Shown piece after piece: positions 27,246-36,722 of a DNA stretch of 40,556 nucleotides. This DNA comes from a virus. Its lineage: Duplodnaviria; Caudoviricetes. The stretch spans positions 1 to 40,556 of the IMG/VR virus record IMGVR_UViG_3300032290_000291; one strand, given 5' to 3'. A program made the translations under genes and the position numbers. The notes beneath the pieces are model-generated. The model did not search any database, was not told where the DNA came from, and worked only from the letters and a program-made list of their open reading frames with translations. Positions within the stretch are counted from its first letter, which is position 1; each line of letters begins with the position of its first letter.

Positions 27246-27494
27246 TTACTTAGACTTCTTCTCGTTAGCTTTAGCAAATGAGTCATTGATTTCTTTATCA
27301 TCAAGTCTACCATCACCAAGGTAGCCACGAGCTAAAGATTCAGATACAACTGCAACACCCATGATTGCTGCTAGTGCAGCAGACTTCCAAGTATCAATAC
27401 CCAGTAGTGCACCAGCACCAAGGGTACCCATAACGGATGCAATAACTACAGCTACCATGCGACCTGAGATGTCTTTGATTTGCTTCTTACTCAT
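27246..27494 (-). CDS. Two-TM holin-like protein, 82 aa
   Basis: Two hydrophobic helices and a DGRLDDKEIN charged tail. Confidence 0.6.
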   Translation of the reverse strand: MSKKQIKDISGRMVAVVIASVMGTLGAGALLGIDTWKSAALAAIMGVAVVSESLARGYLGDGRLDDKEINDSFAKANEKKSK

Positions 27495-29501
27495 TTATAG
27501 TTTCCTAACTGTTACTAGTAATGTGCCACCAAAGCCACTACTATTTTTATCTGGAGAAGATTCATTACTAAATCTAACTTCTTCAATTACGCCATTATAT
27601 TTTTCACCAGTACGGTAGTCAGTTACATTAACAAACTTACCTGTCTCTTCAATAGATTCAATGCGCTGGATATATTCCATAGCACGACCATCGTAGCCAA
27701 AGATAGAGTTGTATCTATCCATCTCATTGTCATAACAAGATAGTGGATACTGATACAAACGTTGACGACGTGTAGCTGGCACTGCCTTAATCTGGTAAGC
27801 CTCAAGTACTGGTAGTTCTTGGTCATCTGTTACGTTGTTAAATACAAACTTAAGGGATATGTATTCTTGCTTGTTTTCAAGAGTACTAGTCATAAGTACA
27901 TCTTGATTACTTAGACCCTCGGACAAGATAGCCAGTGAACTTGTAGTTCCATTCTTGTCAATGGTGTACACGGTAACGTTGTCACCTTGACCAGTTGTGC
28001 ACTGTACGTTTAGGTAACGGAAGAACTTAGGTTCAACCGTACCGTAACGAATCTTACCTGTTTGTAACCAACCACTTGAACGCTTAAGTGAACTATGTTC
28101 AACTTGAAGTTCACCAGTTCCATCTTCCTGAACAACCATAACTAAACGATTGTTTAAGTTATATACTTCAGTTGCTTCTGAACTTGATGGTTGTAAGTTT
28201 GTCTGATACTCAAGATCGTATGCGTATGCAAAAGTTCCATCATTAAATGATTGAGTTAAGTCAATACGAATTAGTATGGCATTTGTGTAAGCACCAGCAT
28301 CTGCTTTAGTCGCAGCGTAAATGTATGTACCACGTTCAGTAAATCCATTAACTGGATAAGAAGTTTCAACTAACAAAGGACCAAGAATTAAATCACCATC
28401 AGTACCAATTGAACAAATTCTTACTCCCCTATTGGTTCCAACAACTAAGTATCCTAAGTAGAAGTGAATTGCTTTAACTAACTCACCATCAGGAAGGGTA
28501 ACACTTACAGTTGAACTAGATACGTCTGGAAGTAACGTTCCATTATTTGTGGATGTTGGCGTACCATCAAAAGGTATCTTCCAAATCTCACCGCTATTAC
28601 CAGCATTTCCTGAAGCGTAAATGTGTGTTTGTCCACCAGCAATGTCATTCCAAACAAAGGTAGAATCAAGGTGAGTTCTGGAGTCATATTGTTTGCCAGC
28701 AGGTAGTGCCCCACTGTGTGCGTTAGTGTTTCCTTGACTGTCATCCAAAAGATTTAGTACATGATTTTCACCAAAGAAAATAAATCCTTTAGCATACTTA
28801 ACAAATGCATTTGTAGTAGCACTATGTCTAGCAAATACCACATCAGAATCTAATGTACCAACAGTTCCTCTATGTATAGCACCAGTGCAAGTAGCGTAGT
28901 ATTTTCCACCAGATGTTGTTACTGAGGTAAATGGGAAATCAGAACCACTATGTCCCTGTGGGTATGAAGTTGCTGTGTGGACATAGTTTGCAGTTGTAGC
29001 GGCAGAGTTATCATTAAGGGTAATTCTTTTTAGTACACCATTAGCATCACCAGATACAAGTACATCAGTACCAGCATTGTTGCCAGTAGCAGCATTGATT
29101 CCAGCAGCACCTGTGTACGCATGAAATACATCTGGAAGTAATGTAGCTTCTCCAATAGTCCATACATCTATACCGCGACTATCAGCAAACCTATGCGTTA
29201 CATGCTCCAAGTCTGTGCCTGGTTCATAGAATGAAATACCGCTACCATTATGCCAAGATGTTTGTGAACGTAGCCACCAACCAGTAAGCGATTGCTCGCC
29301 TGGTTCTGGACTGTTATCAAACTGATCCTTCTTGTATGGAGCAGTCTCACGACGATATGGATTCTGATTATTAACAGCAACAATAAATGGTAAATCATCA
29401 ATAACAATATCGTAAGCTATATCAGTTAAATTAAATGTTGCTTCTGTTGATGTAACAGCAAGGTCAATCGGGACATCTTCTGTAATGTCATAAGTAGGCA
29501 C
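27495..29501 (-). CDS. Tail tubular/nozzle protein (T7 gp12 / P22 gp10-like), 668 aa
   Basis: Beta-rich, propeller-like composition; size and position in the tail module. Confidence 0.65.
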   Translation of the reverse strand: MPTYDITEDVPIDLAVTSTEATFNLTDIAYDIVIDDLPFIVAVNNQNPYRRETAPYKKDQFDNSPEPGEQSLTGWWLRSQTSWHNGSGISFYEPGTDLEHVTHRFADSRGIDVWTIGEATLLPDVFHAYTGAAGINAATGNNAGTDVLVSGDANGVLKRITLNDNSAATTANYVHTATSYPQGHSGSDFPFTSVTTSGGKYYATCTGAIHRGTVGTLDSDVVFARHSATTNAFVKYAKGFIFFGENHVLNLLDDSQGNTNAHSGALPAGKQYDSRTHLDSTFVWNDIAGGQTHIYASGNAGNSGEIWKIPFDGTPTSTNNGTLLPDVSSSTVSVTLPDGELVKAIHFYLGYLVVGTNRGVRICSIGTDGDLILGPLLVETSYPVNGFTERGTYIYAATKADAGAYTNAILIRIDLTQSFNDGTFAYAYDLEYQTNLQPSSSEATEVYNLNNRLVMVVQEDGTGELQVEHSSLKRSSGWLQTGKIRYGTVEPKFFRYLNVQCTTGQGDNVTVYTIDKNGTTSSLAILSEGLSNQDVLMTSTLENKQEYISLKFVFNNVTDDQELPVLEAYQIKAVPATRRQRLYQYPLSCYDNEMDRYNSIFGYDGRAMEYIQRIESIEETGKFVNVTDYRTGEKYNGVIEEVRFSNESSPDKNSSGFGGTLLVTVRKL

Positions 29502-29510
29502 TTATGCTCC

Positions 29511-30692
29511 TTAGAATTTAATAATGTAATTGACTACGATGTATGGTTGCAAGTTATTGTGCGCCAATCCGCCACCAGTTGTACCAACCGATGGTTGAGA
29601 ATCACCAATACCATTGGCTGTAACACCACTACTTCCACTGCCATAATCATTGCCTGAATCAAATACAATTTGACCACTATGATTATGAGCTGGTATTTGT
29701 GTTACGTCAAGAGTTACTTCTTTTACTCCACCAGTTTCAGCAAGTGCATCAAACTCTACTTGAGTTGAGTCAAGTCCAACAGGAACTTTACCCTTTAGGT
29801 TAGGAACATTAAATGTAGTTGTAGTGTCACCTGCACCATAAGTTGTACCAATTACACCAAATAGCGTTGCATACGTAGTACGTGATATTGCTTGCCCATC
29901 ACATAAAAAGTAACCACCAGGTATATTGTTACTAGCACCAGCATAAGGAACAATTACACCAGCAGGTACTGCAACAGTAATAGCAGCACTTAACGCATTT
30001 AATTGAGTTTGAATAGAAGAAGTAACACCATCTACATAGCTAAGTTCAGTAGATGTTATAGTTCCTACTGAAGTTGTTGATGGTAGTACTACTGTTCCAG
30101 TAAATGTAGGACTAACACTAGGTGCTTTAGCATCTATTTGTGTTTGAATGCTAGATGTAACTCCATCAACATAATTAAGTTCAGCAGTAGATGCAAGTAC
30201 ACCATCCATAATATTAAGTTCTGCTGTGCTTGCAGTAATACCATCAAGTACATTTAACTCTGTTGATGTAGCAGTAAGAGTAACATTCTCATTAATTTTT
30301 GGTGTAGTTAATGTTTTGTTAGTAAGAGTTTGTGTGTTTGTTGTACCAACTACAGCTCCTGTAGCACCATGAACAGCAGTAGCATCAATGTGGTTCTGTG
30401 CATCTTGCAAGTCACGACCAGTAATCATGTGCTTTACTATCTGCCCAGCAGTGTGTGTCTGTGCAGTAGTGCCATCCTGAGCACGAGTAACCTTTAAAGT
30501 TGGTGCAGATACACCAGACTGGTCTGCATCAACAGTAATAATTTCTTCAATTGCCGTGTCTGGGTTAAGTACCAAAGTATACGGTGGACTAGGAAGATTA
30601 GTTATGTTGTCAAGAGTAATCTGAGTAGCAATGTTAGATACGTTACCTGCTAATGCTTTCTCAGATGCAATGGAAGAGTAATTGCGTGCCAT
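29511..30692 (-). CDS. Tail fibre with a phage tail-collar domain
   Basis: PAGVIVPYAG...GYFLCDGQAISRTTYATLFGVIGTTYGAGD...FNVPNLKG, AHNNLQPYIVVNYIIK and TAELNxLDG repeats. Confidence 0.88.
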   Translation of the reverse strand: MARNYSSIASEKALAGNVSNIATQITLDNITNLPSPPYTLVLNPDTAIEEIITVDADQSGVSAPTLKVTRAQDGTTAQTHTAGQIVKHMITGRDLQDAQNHIDATAVHGATGAVVGTTNTQTLTNKTLTTPKINENVTLTATSTELNVLDGITASTAELNIMDGVLASTAELNYVDGVTSSIQTQIDAKAPSVSPTFTGTVVLPSTTSVGTITSTELSYVDGVTSSIQTQLNALSAAITVAVPAGVIVPYAGASNNIPGGYFLCDGQAISRTTYATLFGVIGTTYGAGDTTTTFNVPNLKGKVPVGLDSTQVEFDALAETGGVKEVTLDVTQIPAHNHSGQIVFDSGNDYGSGSSGVTANGIGDSQPSVGTTGGGLAHNNLQPYIVVNYIIKF

Positions 30693-30699
30693 GATTTAC

Positions 30700-31599
30700 C
30701 TATCTTGTAAAGTGGATTCTAGTTGGGTTACGATCAGTTAACTTTCGACTTTCTTCAGCAAGTCTCTTGTCATATAATGCAAGTAGATACTTAGCAGTGT
30801 TAGTACCAGCACCATAAGAACGACCAGCAATTTGTGACTGTTGATCAGACTCAGCAGAACCAAAGGTCAAACGACCTGGATCTACGAATGAAGCTAGCCG
30901 CGCTGAAGCACCAAGAACAATTACATCCTTACAAGATTGCGGTAAGCCAGTAACAATTTCAAAATCATCATCATTATTATCCATTACAACTGGAGCAGAA
31001 GTGTAAAATATTTGTACAGTTCTTCCAGGTTCTATGCCAGAGTATAAGCTAATACTATTTTTAGAATTAAAAGCACTAGTGTTAGCCATAGGATCAACAC
31101 GCCAGCCACGAACAGGAAGCCATTCTTTAGATGGACCAGTAGTTTGAAAAGATACTCCAAGTACAGTTTCTACTTCATCTGGTAAAGCATACGTTGATCT
31201 AGCTGTTGAGTAAGAAAATGTATGAGTATCAGTAGCATATAGATCTGGAAACACAGCTTGAATAGTATCGTTAATAGCTTCTTTAATATCAACAGATGGG
31301 AAGGTGGGAGATACAATTACACGTGCACCAACTGCATGACTAGAAGCAGTTGTACCATTGTAACCGCGACCATAAGGAGGAATACTAAGTACACCAGTGT
31401 TGCGGTCATATGAATCTACATAAATAAGTTCATCATCAATTTGAATAATACCAGTTGAGATATTGGTGGCAGAAGCAACAGTAATACTAGTAGCCGTTGT
31501 ATTAACGGCAGCAGTAAGGTGTGTTTGACGATCTTGACGCAGTGTAAAACCTGCTAACTTGCGTGATACTTCATCAGTCATTTGACTAAACGTAGCCAT
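30700..31599 (-). CDS. Head-tail adaptor / tail tubular protein A-like, 299 aa
   Basis: MATFSQM...IKEAINDTI...YALP pattern, with an inserted beta domain; position before the fibre and nozzle genes. Confidence 0.62.
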   Translation of the reverse strand: MATFSQMTDEVSRKLAGFTLRQDRQTHLTAAVNTTATSITVASATNISTGIIQIDDELIYVDSYDRNTGVLSIPPYGRGYNGTTASSHAVGARVIVSPTFPSVDIKEAINDTIQAVFPDLYATDTHTFSYSTARSTYALPDEVETVLGVSFQTTGPSKEWLPVRGWRVDPMANTSAFNSKNSISLYSGIEPGRTVQIFYTSAPVVMDNNDDDFEIVTGLPQSCKDVIVLGASARLASFVDPGRLTFGSAESDQQSQIAGRSYGAGTNTAKYLLALYDKRLAEESRKLTDRNPTRIHFTR

Positions 31600-33932
31600 T
31601 ACTTACCCTTCATTAGTTCATCACGAATTTTCATAAGAAGCTTTCCAAGTTTGTTTTGTCCCTTGCCATTAACTTCTCCCCAGAAAGTATCTCCCCAGGT
31701 ATTACCTTCAATTAAATCTACATCTCCAGTATCAAGTAACTTCTTTTTTAGTTCTGGATTCTGTTCAAACTTTGCACGTAAAGCTTTTTCCATAACTTCT
31801 TCACGCATCTGATTCCAGTTTTTGCGAAGTGTTACAGTTTTACCAATCCTCTTTGCTTCCCCTGCTGTTTTAGCAGCAAGAATTTTTGCACGTTCAGATG
31901 GATCAATAGTCTTTGCTGCTTGAAAAGCATGTTCAACAGTTGGATATTCAACTCCACCTAATTTAACTGGAGAGTCACTCATGTTAGACAAGAAAGAATT
32001 TTCTCCCCTAAAAGAATTAATTGGTTTTGTTTTAAGTGTTTTAAGTTTATCTTCTAATATTTTAATTTCATCATCAGCAGCTTTTATTTCTTTAAGTTCA
32101 TCTGCGGTATGAGGAATGCTAGGATCTTTAGTATAGTATGTATTAAGAACATCGTCTTGCATTATTGCAATTTTTTCTTCTAATTCATTTTGTTCTGTAT
32201 ACTTTTTGGGATCGCCACTTTTATTAGGTTTAGCTTTTCTTATTTTAGGAACACCACTTATGTAAGTTTTAGTAGGTCTAGCATATCTATCAGTAGCAAG
32301 ACCACTGCTAGTAAAAGGATATCTTAATCTTTCTAATGCTCGCCTAGTTATTTCTTCAGAAACATTTACAGCTTTAACAAACTCTTCTTCAGGAATAGCT
32401 TTCTTTAAAGTTAATAATTGTTTTTGATACTTTTCAATTAAGTCTAGGTTTTTACTTGATTCTGTTTTTAAGTTTTGAAGCACATCTTCTGATGCACCTT
32501 TTCTTTTTCTTGTGTTTGCCTTATTAAAAGATTCTAACTTTCGTATTTCTGCTTGTAATTCTGCAAACTTTTGAGCAGGCATACTTAAACCTTCTCGAAG
32601 ATCGTTATCCATTTTTGCTCTTAATGGAACTTTAATTGCAACTACTTCAGGATCAGGAACTTTTTTAGTATAACTTGTTCCAGTGCCAGGCTTAAGTTCA
32701 GTTAACATATTATCTGGTAAAGCTTCATCAACAATAGCTTCTGACTTACCAGCTTTAGCAGTATCAGATATATCTTCTTGATATCTAATTAAAGATTCAG
32801 TCGGCTTAATATCTCCCTTTTCATAAAGTATATTACCCTTTGCATCAACTTCTCTTTTTTGAGCAAACTGTTGTTCTGGAAGATTTGATTCATACTTTTT
32901 AAGTATTGCCTCACCTTCTACAGCATCAACAACTTTTTCTTCAAATTCTTTTTCAAGATCTTTAAGACTACGTTGAGCATTTTTTAATTCTTCAGGGCTA
33001 AGTGTTTTCTTTATTTTTTGAGACTCTATTAATCTAATAAGAGAAAAGTAAACGTTTGTTACTTCTTTAGCATCAGCATTAGCAATGCTTTCATTAGACT
33101 TAATTAATCTTTCAACAATTCTTTGAATTTCTTCAGGAGTATATTCGCCAGCACGAACATAATCTTCTACTTCTTCTGGACTTTTACCTTTAAGCATTTT
33201 CTTTTCTTCAGGAGTTAAACGAGCAATTCTTGAAGTAATTTCATCTTCAGTAAATTTTCTTTTATCGTAGTATTGAGAACTTTCAATATCTTTTGCATTA
33301 AGTTCTTCTTTAGTTAAAAGTTGTTTTTTTCCACCACTCATTGCAATAGCATCGTCAGCTTCTTGCAATAAATCTCTATCACGATTAAATGGATCAATTT
33401 CTTCATCCATTGGACGTGTGTATTTTTTACCTGGCAATCCCTTTTCGGCAACAGCTGCTTTAGTAGGAAAACTAAACTCACCGCCCTCGCGCTTAAGTAT
33501 GCTTTCACCTACTTCATAAGCAGGAGTAGGTTCTCCCATACCAGCACGACCAACACGTTCAACTGGTTGATCAAACTCTCCGCCAAAACTTTGCTTTGGT
33601 TTTTCAGGTATGTAACCTTGACGCTTCATAGTAAGAGCATCATCTAAAGTTCTAGAAGCAGCACGCTTAGCAGCAACAGATGCTGCATCACTAGCAACTA
33701 CTTTGCTTGAAGCTTTAATAACGGTATTTAAAGCCTTAGCACTAAGCATAGTAATTTTAGCTGGAAGTACAACAAAGGAAGCAGCAGTTACACCAACGTT
33801 CACTAAGTCGCCCCAAGATCCTTGACCCTTAGAAATCTTGTCAAGTGATTTAGTTGCAAACATAAAGTCAGCAATTTCAGCTACAAATCCTCCGCCAGTA
33901 TCAGGTGTTGTTGCTGCTGCTTGAGTAGCCAT
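31599..33932 (-). CDS. 777-aa protein with a C-terminal NADAR (YbiA/DUF1768) domain
   Basis: Last about 140 aa (31599-32021): FLSN, YPTVEHAFQAAK, AKRIG, W...M..ALRAKFEQN, LLDTG, LIEGNTWGDTFWG and GQNKLGKLLMKIR. Confidence 0.93.
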   Translation of the reverse strand: MATQAAATTPDTGGGFVAEIADFMFATKSLDKISKGQGSWGDLVNVGVTAASFVVLPAKITMLSAKALNTVIKASSKVVASDAASVAAKRAASRTLDDALTMKRQGYIPEKPKQSFGGEFDQPVERVGRAGMGEPTPAYEVGESILKREGGEFSFPTKAAVAEKGLPGKKYTRPMDEEIDPFNRDRDLLQEADDAIAMSGGKKQLLTKEELNAKDIESSQYYDKRKFTEDEITSRIARLTPEEKKMLKGKSPEEVEDYVRAGEYTPEEIQRIVERLIKSNESIANADAKEVTNVYFSLIRLIESQKIKKTLSPEELKNAQRSLKDLEKEFEEKVVDAVEGEAILKKYESNLPEQQFAQKREVDAKGNILYEKGDIKPTESLIRYQEDISDTAKAGKSEAIVDEALPDNMLTELKPGTGTSYTKKVPDPEVVAIKVPLRAKMDNDLREGLSMPAQKFAELQAEIRKLESFNKANTRKRKGASEDVLQNLKTESSKNLDLIEKYQKQLLTLKKAIPEEEFVKAVNVSEEITRRALERLRYPFTSSGLATDRYARPTKTYISGVPKIRKAKPNKSGDPKKYTEQNELEEKIAIMQDDVLNTYYTKDPSIPHTADELKEIKAADDEIKILEDKLKTLKTKPINSFRGENSFLSNMSDSPVKLGGVEYPTVEHAFQAAKTIDPSERAKILAAKTAGEAKRIGKTVTLRKNWNQMREEVMEKALRAKFEQNPELKKKLLDTGDVDLIEGNTWGDTFWGEVNGKGQNKLGKLLMKIRDELMKGK

Positions 33933-34220
33933 TTACCATTTAACCTTATCTGCCCAGTATGCTGCGGACATTTTGCCCTTTGAAATATTAGATGCGTGAC
34001 GTGCTTTGAATGACCGTCTACGTGCAGCATAGGAGGCTGACTCCCCAGATTTCTTAGGGGAGCCAGACACACCTTGCTGACCAAAGCGAATAGTTTTAAC
34101 TTGTTCACCAACTTTAGCCACAACTACATGTGACTTCTTGGGATGGTTAGGTGTACGCTTTGGTTTGTTGTAGCCAGAAACACCAGCACGTGCTAGACGT
34201 GGATCTTTCTTAGCTACCAT
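33933..34220 (-). CDS. Conserved basic phage protein, 95 aa
   Basis: KKSHVVVAK...IRFGQQG...RRRSFKARH...SAAYWADKVKW, a motif set I recognise from aquatic phages; function unknown. Confidence 0.75.
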   Translation of the reverse strand: MVAKKDPRLARAGVSGYNKPKRTPNHPKKSHVVVAKVGEQVKTIRFGQQGVSGSPKKSGESASYAARRRSFKARHASNISKGKMSAAYWADKVKW

Positions 34221-34223
34221 AAT

Positions 34224-34859
34224 TTACTGACTACCCTTTTTTGGAGTAGCCTTTGCAACAACTTTTTTAGCTGTTGACTTGCTTTTAGAGGTTACCTTAG
34301 TAGCAGTAGATTTAACCATACTAGCTGCTTTAGGTGCCATCTTCTTAGCTGCCTGAGTAGCCATCATCGCACCTCTACCAGCTGGAACTATAGCAGCACC
34401 AACTGCAACAGCAGTACCAGTTCGCTTTTGAAACTCTGCTTTACGCTTGTCATTAGCAGCTTTGTTAACAGTAATTGTACCACCAGTACGAGAACCCATA
34501 GTTACGGTTTTCTTTGAAGCAGATACTCGTCCATCTCTACCAGTCTTAGATCCTGGTCCACCCATAGGTGGCTTAGGCATCTTAGCACCAGGTCCACCTG
34601 GCTTAGTTGTAGATGAAGAACCAGAACCAGTTCCAGTTACATTACCTACACGAGTCTTACCATAAAAACGATTCAATGCTTCACGCATTGCTGGATCATT
34701 CTTATACTTAGCAATAGCTTTTTCTGGAGTCTTTTCTGCTCGTAGTTTATCTAGTTGAGCAGCAGTTACTTTAGTTGAACTATCAAAGTTTGTTTTTTTC
34801 CAAGCATCTTGCTTAGCCTTACTCATTGCATTCCAGCCCTTAGGCTTAGGCTTTGCCAT
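34224..34859 (-). CDS. Lys/Ala-rich basic protein, 211 aa
   Basis: Very basic, low complexity, with a hydrophobic AVAVGAAIVPAG segment. Confidence 0.72.
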   Translation of the reverse strand: MAKPKPKGWNAMSKAKQDAWKKTNFDSSTKVTAAQLDKLRAEKTPEKAIAKYKNDPAMREALNRFYGKTRVGNVTGTGSGSSSTTKPGGPGAKMPKPPMGGPGSKTGRDGRVSASKKTVTMGSRTGGTITVNKAANDKRKAEFQKRTGTAVAVGAAIVPAGRGAMMATQAAKKMAPKAASMVKSTATKVTSKSKSTAKKVVAKATPKKGSQ

Positions 34860-34860
34860 A

Positions 34861-35013
34861 TTACTTACCCTTCTTAGTTGACTTAGGCATAGCAGGGACT
34901 GCTGGTACCTTAGGCATGTTGTAATTTACTTTGTCAATACCTTTGTAAGAGCCTGGCATTGTAGGCATTTCGTGATCGTAGTTAACGTGATTACATCCAC
35001 ATGAAGCACACAT
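34861..35013 (-). CDS. 50-aa protein with an N-terminal CxxCGC motif, not in the ORF track
   Basis: MCASCGCNHVNYDHEMPTMPGSYKGIDKVNYNMPKVPAVPAMPKSTKKGK; TAATG coupling and GGAG SD; fills the gap exactly. Confidence 0.75.
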   Translation of the reverse strand: MCASCGCNHVNYDHEMPTMPGSYKGIDKVNYNMPKVPAVPAMPKSTKKGK

Positions 35014-35369
35014 TACTTGCTTCTCCTATTGTAATTTGAAGTAGCAGAAGAATTAATCTTTGCTCCTTGAGCTTTCATTTTGTTTTTAACACCTTGTTTA
35101 ACATTTTTTTTAGCTACAGAAGGAACACCTTTAGTTCCCCAAGGATCCATTTTTGATTGAGTTACATTTGTGTTTTGATTTACTTTACTTACTTTAGGAC
35201 CTTGCTTTGTAATTTTAGCACCTGCATTGCCCTGACGATTTTGTAATTTTCTATTTGTATTAATTTTTTTTATATTTGATTCAAGGGTTTTTCGTCCTGC
35301 TTTACTAATTTTATTTTTTGCAGCAGCAGCCTTAGCCTTAGCTACATCTTGCTTGTCACCTTTAGCCAT
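35013..35369 (-). CDS. Lys/Asn-rich basic protein, 118 aa
   Basis: AAGGA SD; highly basic. Confidence 0.72.
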   Translation of the reverse strand: MAKGDKQDVAKAKAAAAKNKISKAGRKTLESNIKKINTNRKLQNRQGNAGAKITKQGPKVSKVNQNTNVTQSKMDPWGTKGVPSVAKKNVKQGVKNKMKAQGAKINSSATSNYNRRSK

Positions 35370-35380
35370 ATTGTTTTCCT

Positions 35381-35647
35381 TTATAGAGCAGAACCGAATG
35401 CGTGTCCTGTTTTGTTACTTACATCTACTGCCTTCTGAATCTGTGCAGTAGAAGTTCCGTCTGGTTGTATACCTTGAGCGCGAGCATCACGGTAAGCTTT
35501 AAGTTCGTTGTTCCATTTCTTATTGGTCCAACCATTGTTAACTAGATTACCATTGGCATCACCAGTTGACATCTGTATGTTAGAAGCTCTTAGGCAATCG
35601 CCCCAAGAGTCATGGTCTTGAGTAGGACATCCAGTTCTACAAGCCAT
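35381..35647 (-). CDS. Conserved virion-module protein starting MACRTGCPTQDH, 88 aa
   Basis: C-x3-C-x4-H-x5-C metal-binding-like N-terminus; KKWNNELKAYRDARAQGIQP. Confidence 0.78.
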   Translation of the reverse strand: MACRTGCPTQDHDSWGDCLRASNIQMSTGDANGNLVNNGWTNKKWNNELKAYRDARAQGIQPDGTSTAQIQKAVDVSNKTGHAFGSAL

Positions 35648-36707
35648 TCTTATAATCCTTTACAGTCTGAGTCATAATAAACTCATAGTTCTTAATCAAG
35701 CGTTCGTCATTAGGATTTAAATCAACTGCTTTACGTGCGTATTTCTTAGCAGAACCTTTCTTGCCTAAGTTCCAACATGCAATAGATAACAAGTCATACA
35801 TTCTCCATGGCATTGACTGGTCAGCTACATAGTGTTTGTAGGATTCATTAGACAGTTCAGTTACTTTCATTGCTGCTTGATAACAATGATTCCACATCTT
35901 ACGTTCATAGTAATAGAATGCCATAGGCATCCAAGCTTCTAGATCTAGTGGTGCTTCTTCAATGTTGCGTTGATACCAGTAAAGACCTTCACGTTCATTA
36001 CCTAGCTTGCAGTAGGCTTCACCCATACCACGCCAAGTCTGAGCACGTTCAACATTCCATCCTGGAATATCTTCTAGCTTTTTACCTACATCAATAAGTT
36101 CTTGCCACATACCTTTAAAGTAATACTCACGAGCTAAGTAAACAATCATTCGATGATCCGTAGGATCTTCTTGATGCCCTAGTTCTAATAATGACAAATA
36201 GTTACTACGAGGTTTATCGTTATCAGGTTGATGAGATACTAATGACTCTACTATAATAAGTTTATCTAAACTTTTATCAATAGGTTCTATAACTTCGTGG
36301 CAAGGATACCGCCACTTGTAATTATGTCTAGCATGAATACGATTATTGTTAGCCCAGATGTTACCTGTGTCCCACATAACCCAAGCTCTACCAGTATCAG
36401 GCTTCCAGCCTTTACGCAGTAGATCAAAGAAGTCAGGGTCAGGAACTTCATCCATATCTAAAGAGACACAAATGTCTACGTCAGATCGTACTAAATCTAG
36501 TGCCATATTTCGTGCCACATCAAACCTAAAGTCGCTTAGCGTGGCTCTGTGGGCTTCTATGCCGTACTGTAAGAGTAGGTCATAGGTGTTATCTTCTGAC
36601 CCAGTATCTAGGACAATTCGGACATCAGCTTTTTTAGTGGCTTCATGCCACCTACTAATATGTTTAGCCTCATTCTTGGCTATAGCATAGACTGCGATCT
36701 TAACCAT
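35637..36707 (-). CDS. Family 2 glycosyltransferase with C-terminal TPR-like repeats
   Basis: IAKNEA, LDTGSEDNT, FDVARNMAL, SLDMDE (DxD) and HE motifs, then TPR-like helices (YLAREYY, GMGEAYCKLG, ARKAVDLNP). Confidence 0.92.
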   Translation of the reverse strand: MVKIAVYAIAKNEAKHISRWHEATKKADVRIVLDTGSEDNTYDLLLQYGIEAHRATLSDFRFDVARNMALDLVRSDVDICVSLDMDEVPDPDFFDLLRKGWKPDTGRAWVMWDTGNIWANNNRIHARHNYKWRYPCHEVIEPIDKSLDKLIIVESLVSHQPDNDKPRSNYLSLLELGHQEDPTDHRMIVYLAREYYFKGMWQELIDVGKKLEDIPGWNVERAQTWRGMGEAYCKLGNEREGLYWYQRNIEEAPLDLEAWMPMAFYYYERKMWNHCYQAAMKVTELSNESYKHYVADQSMPWRMYDLLSIACWNLGKKGSAKKYARKAVDLNPNDERLIKNYEFIMTQTVKDYKNGL

Positions 36708-36722
36708 GCTATTATCCTAGCA
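36708..36722 (-). promoter_or_regulatory. Possible extended -10 promoter giving a leaderless glycosyltransferase mRNA
   Basis: TG-C-TAGGAT then 6 nt then ATG; the AGGA could instead be an SD. Confidence 0.4.

Noticed and set aside
31590-34875. Shared C-terminal KGK as a protein targeting motif
   Set aside because: Explained by the overlapping SD/stop/start junction AAGGGTAAGTAA(T)ATG; a near-identical junction occurs at 20184 in the early arm.
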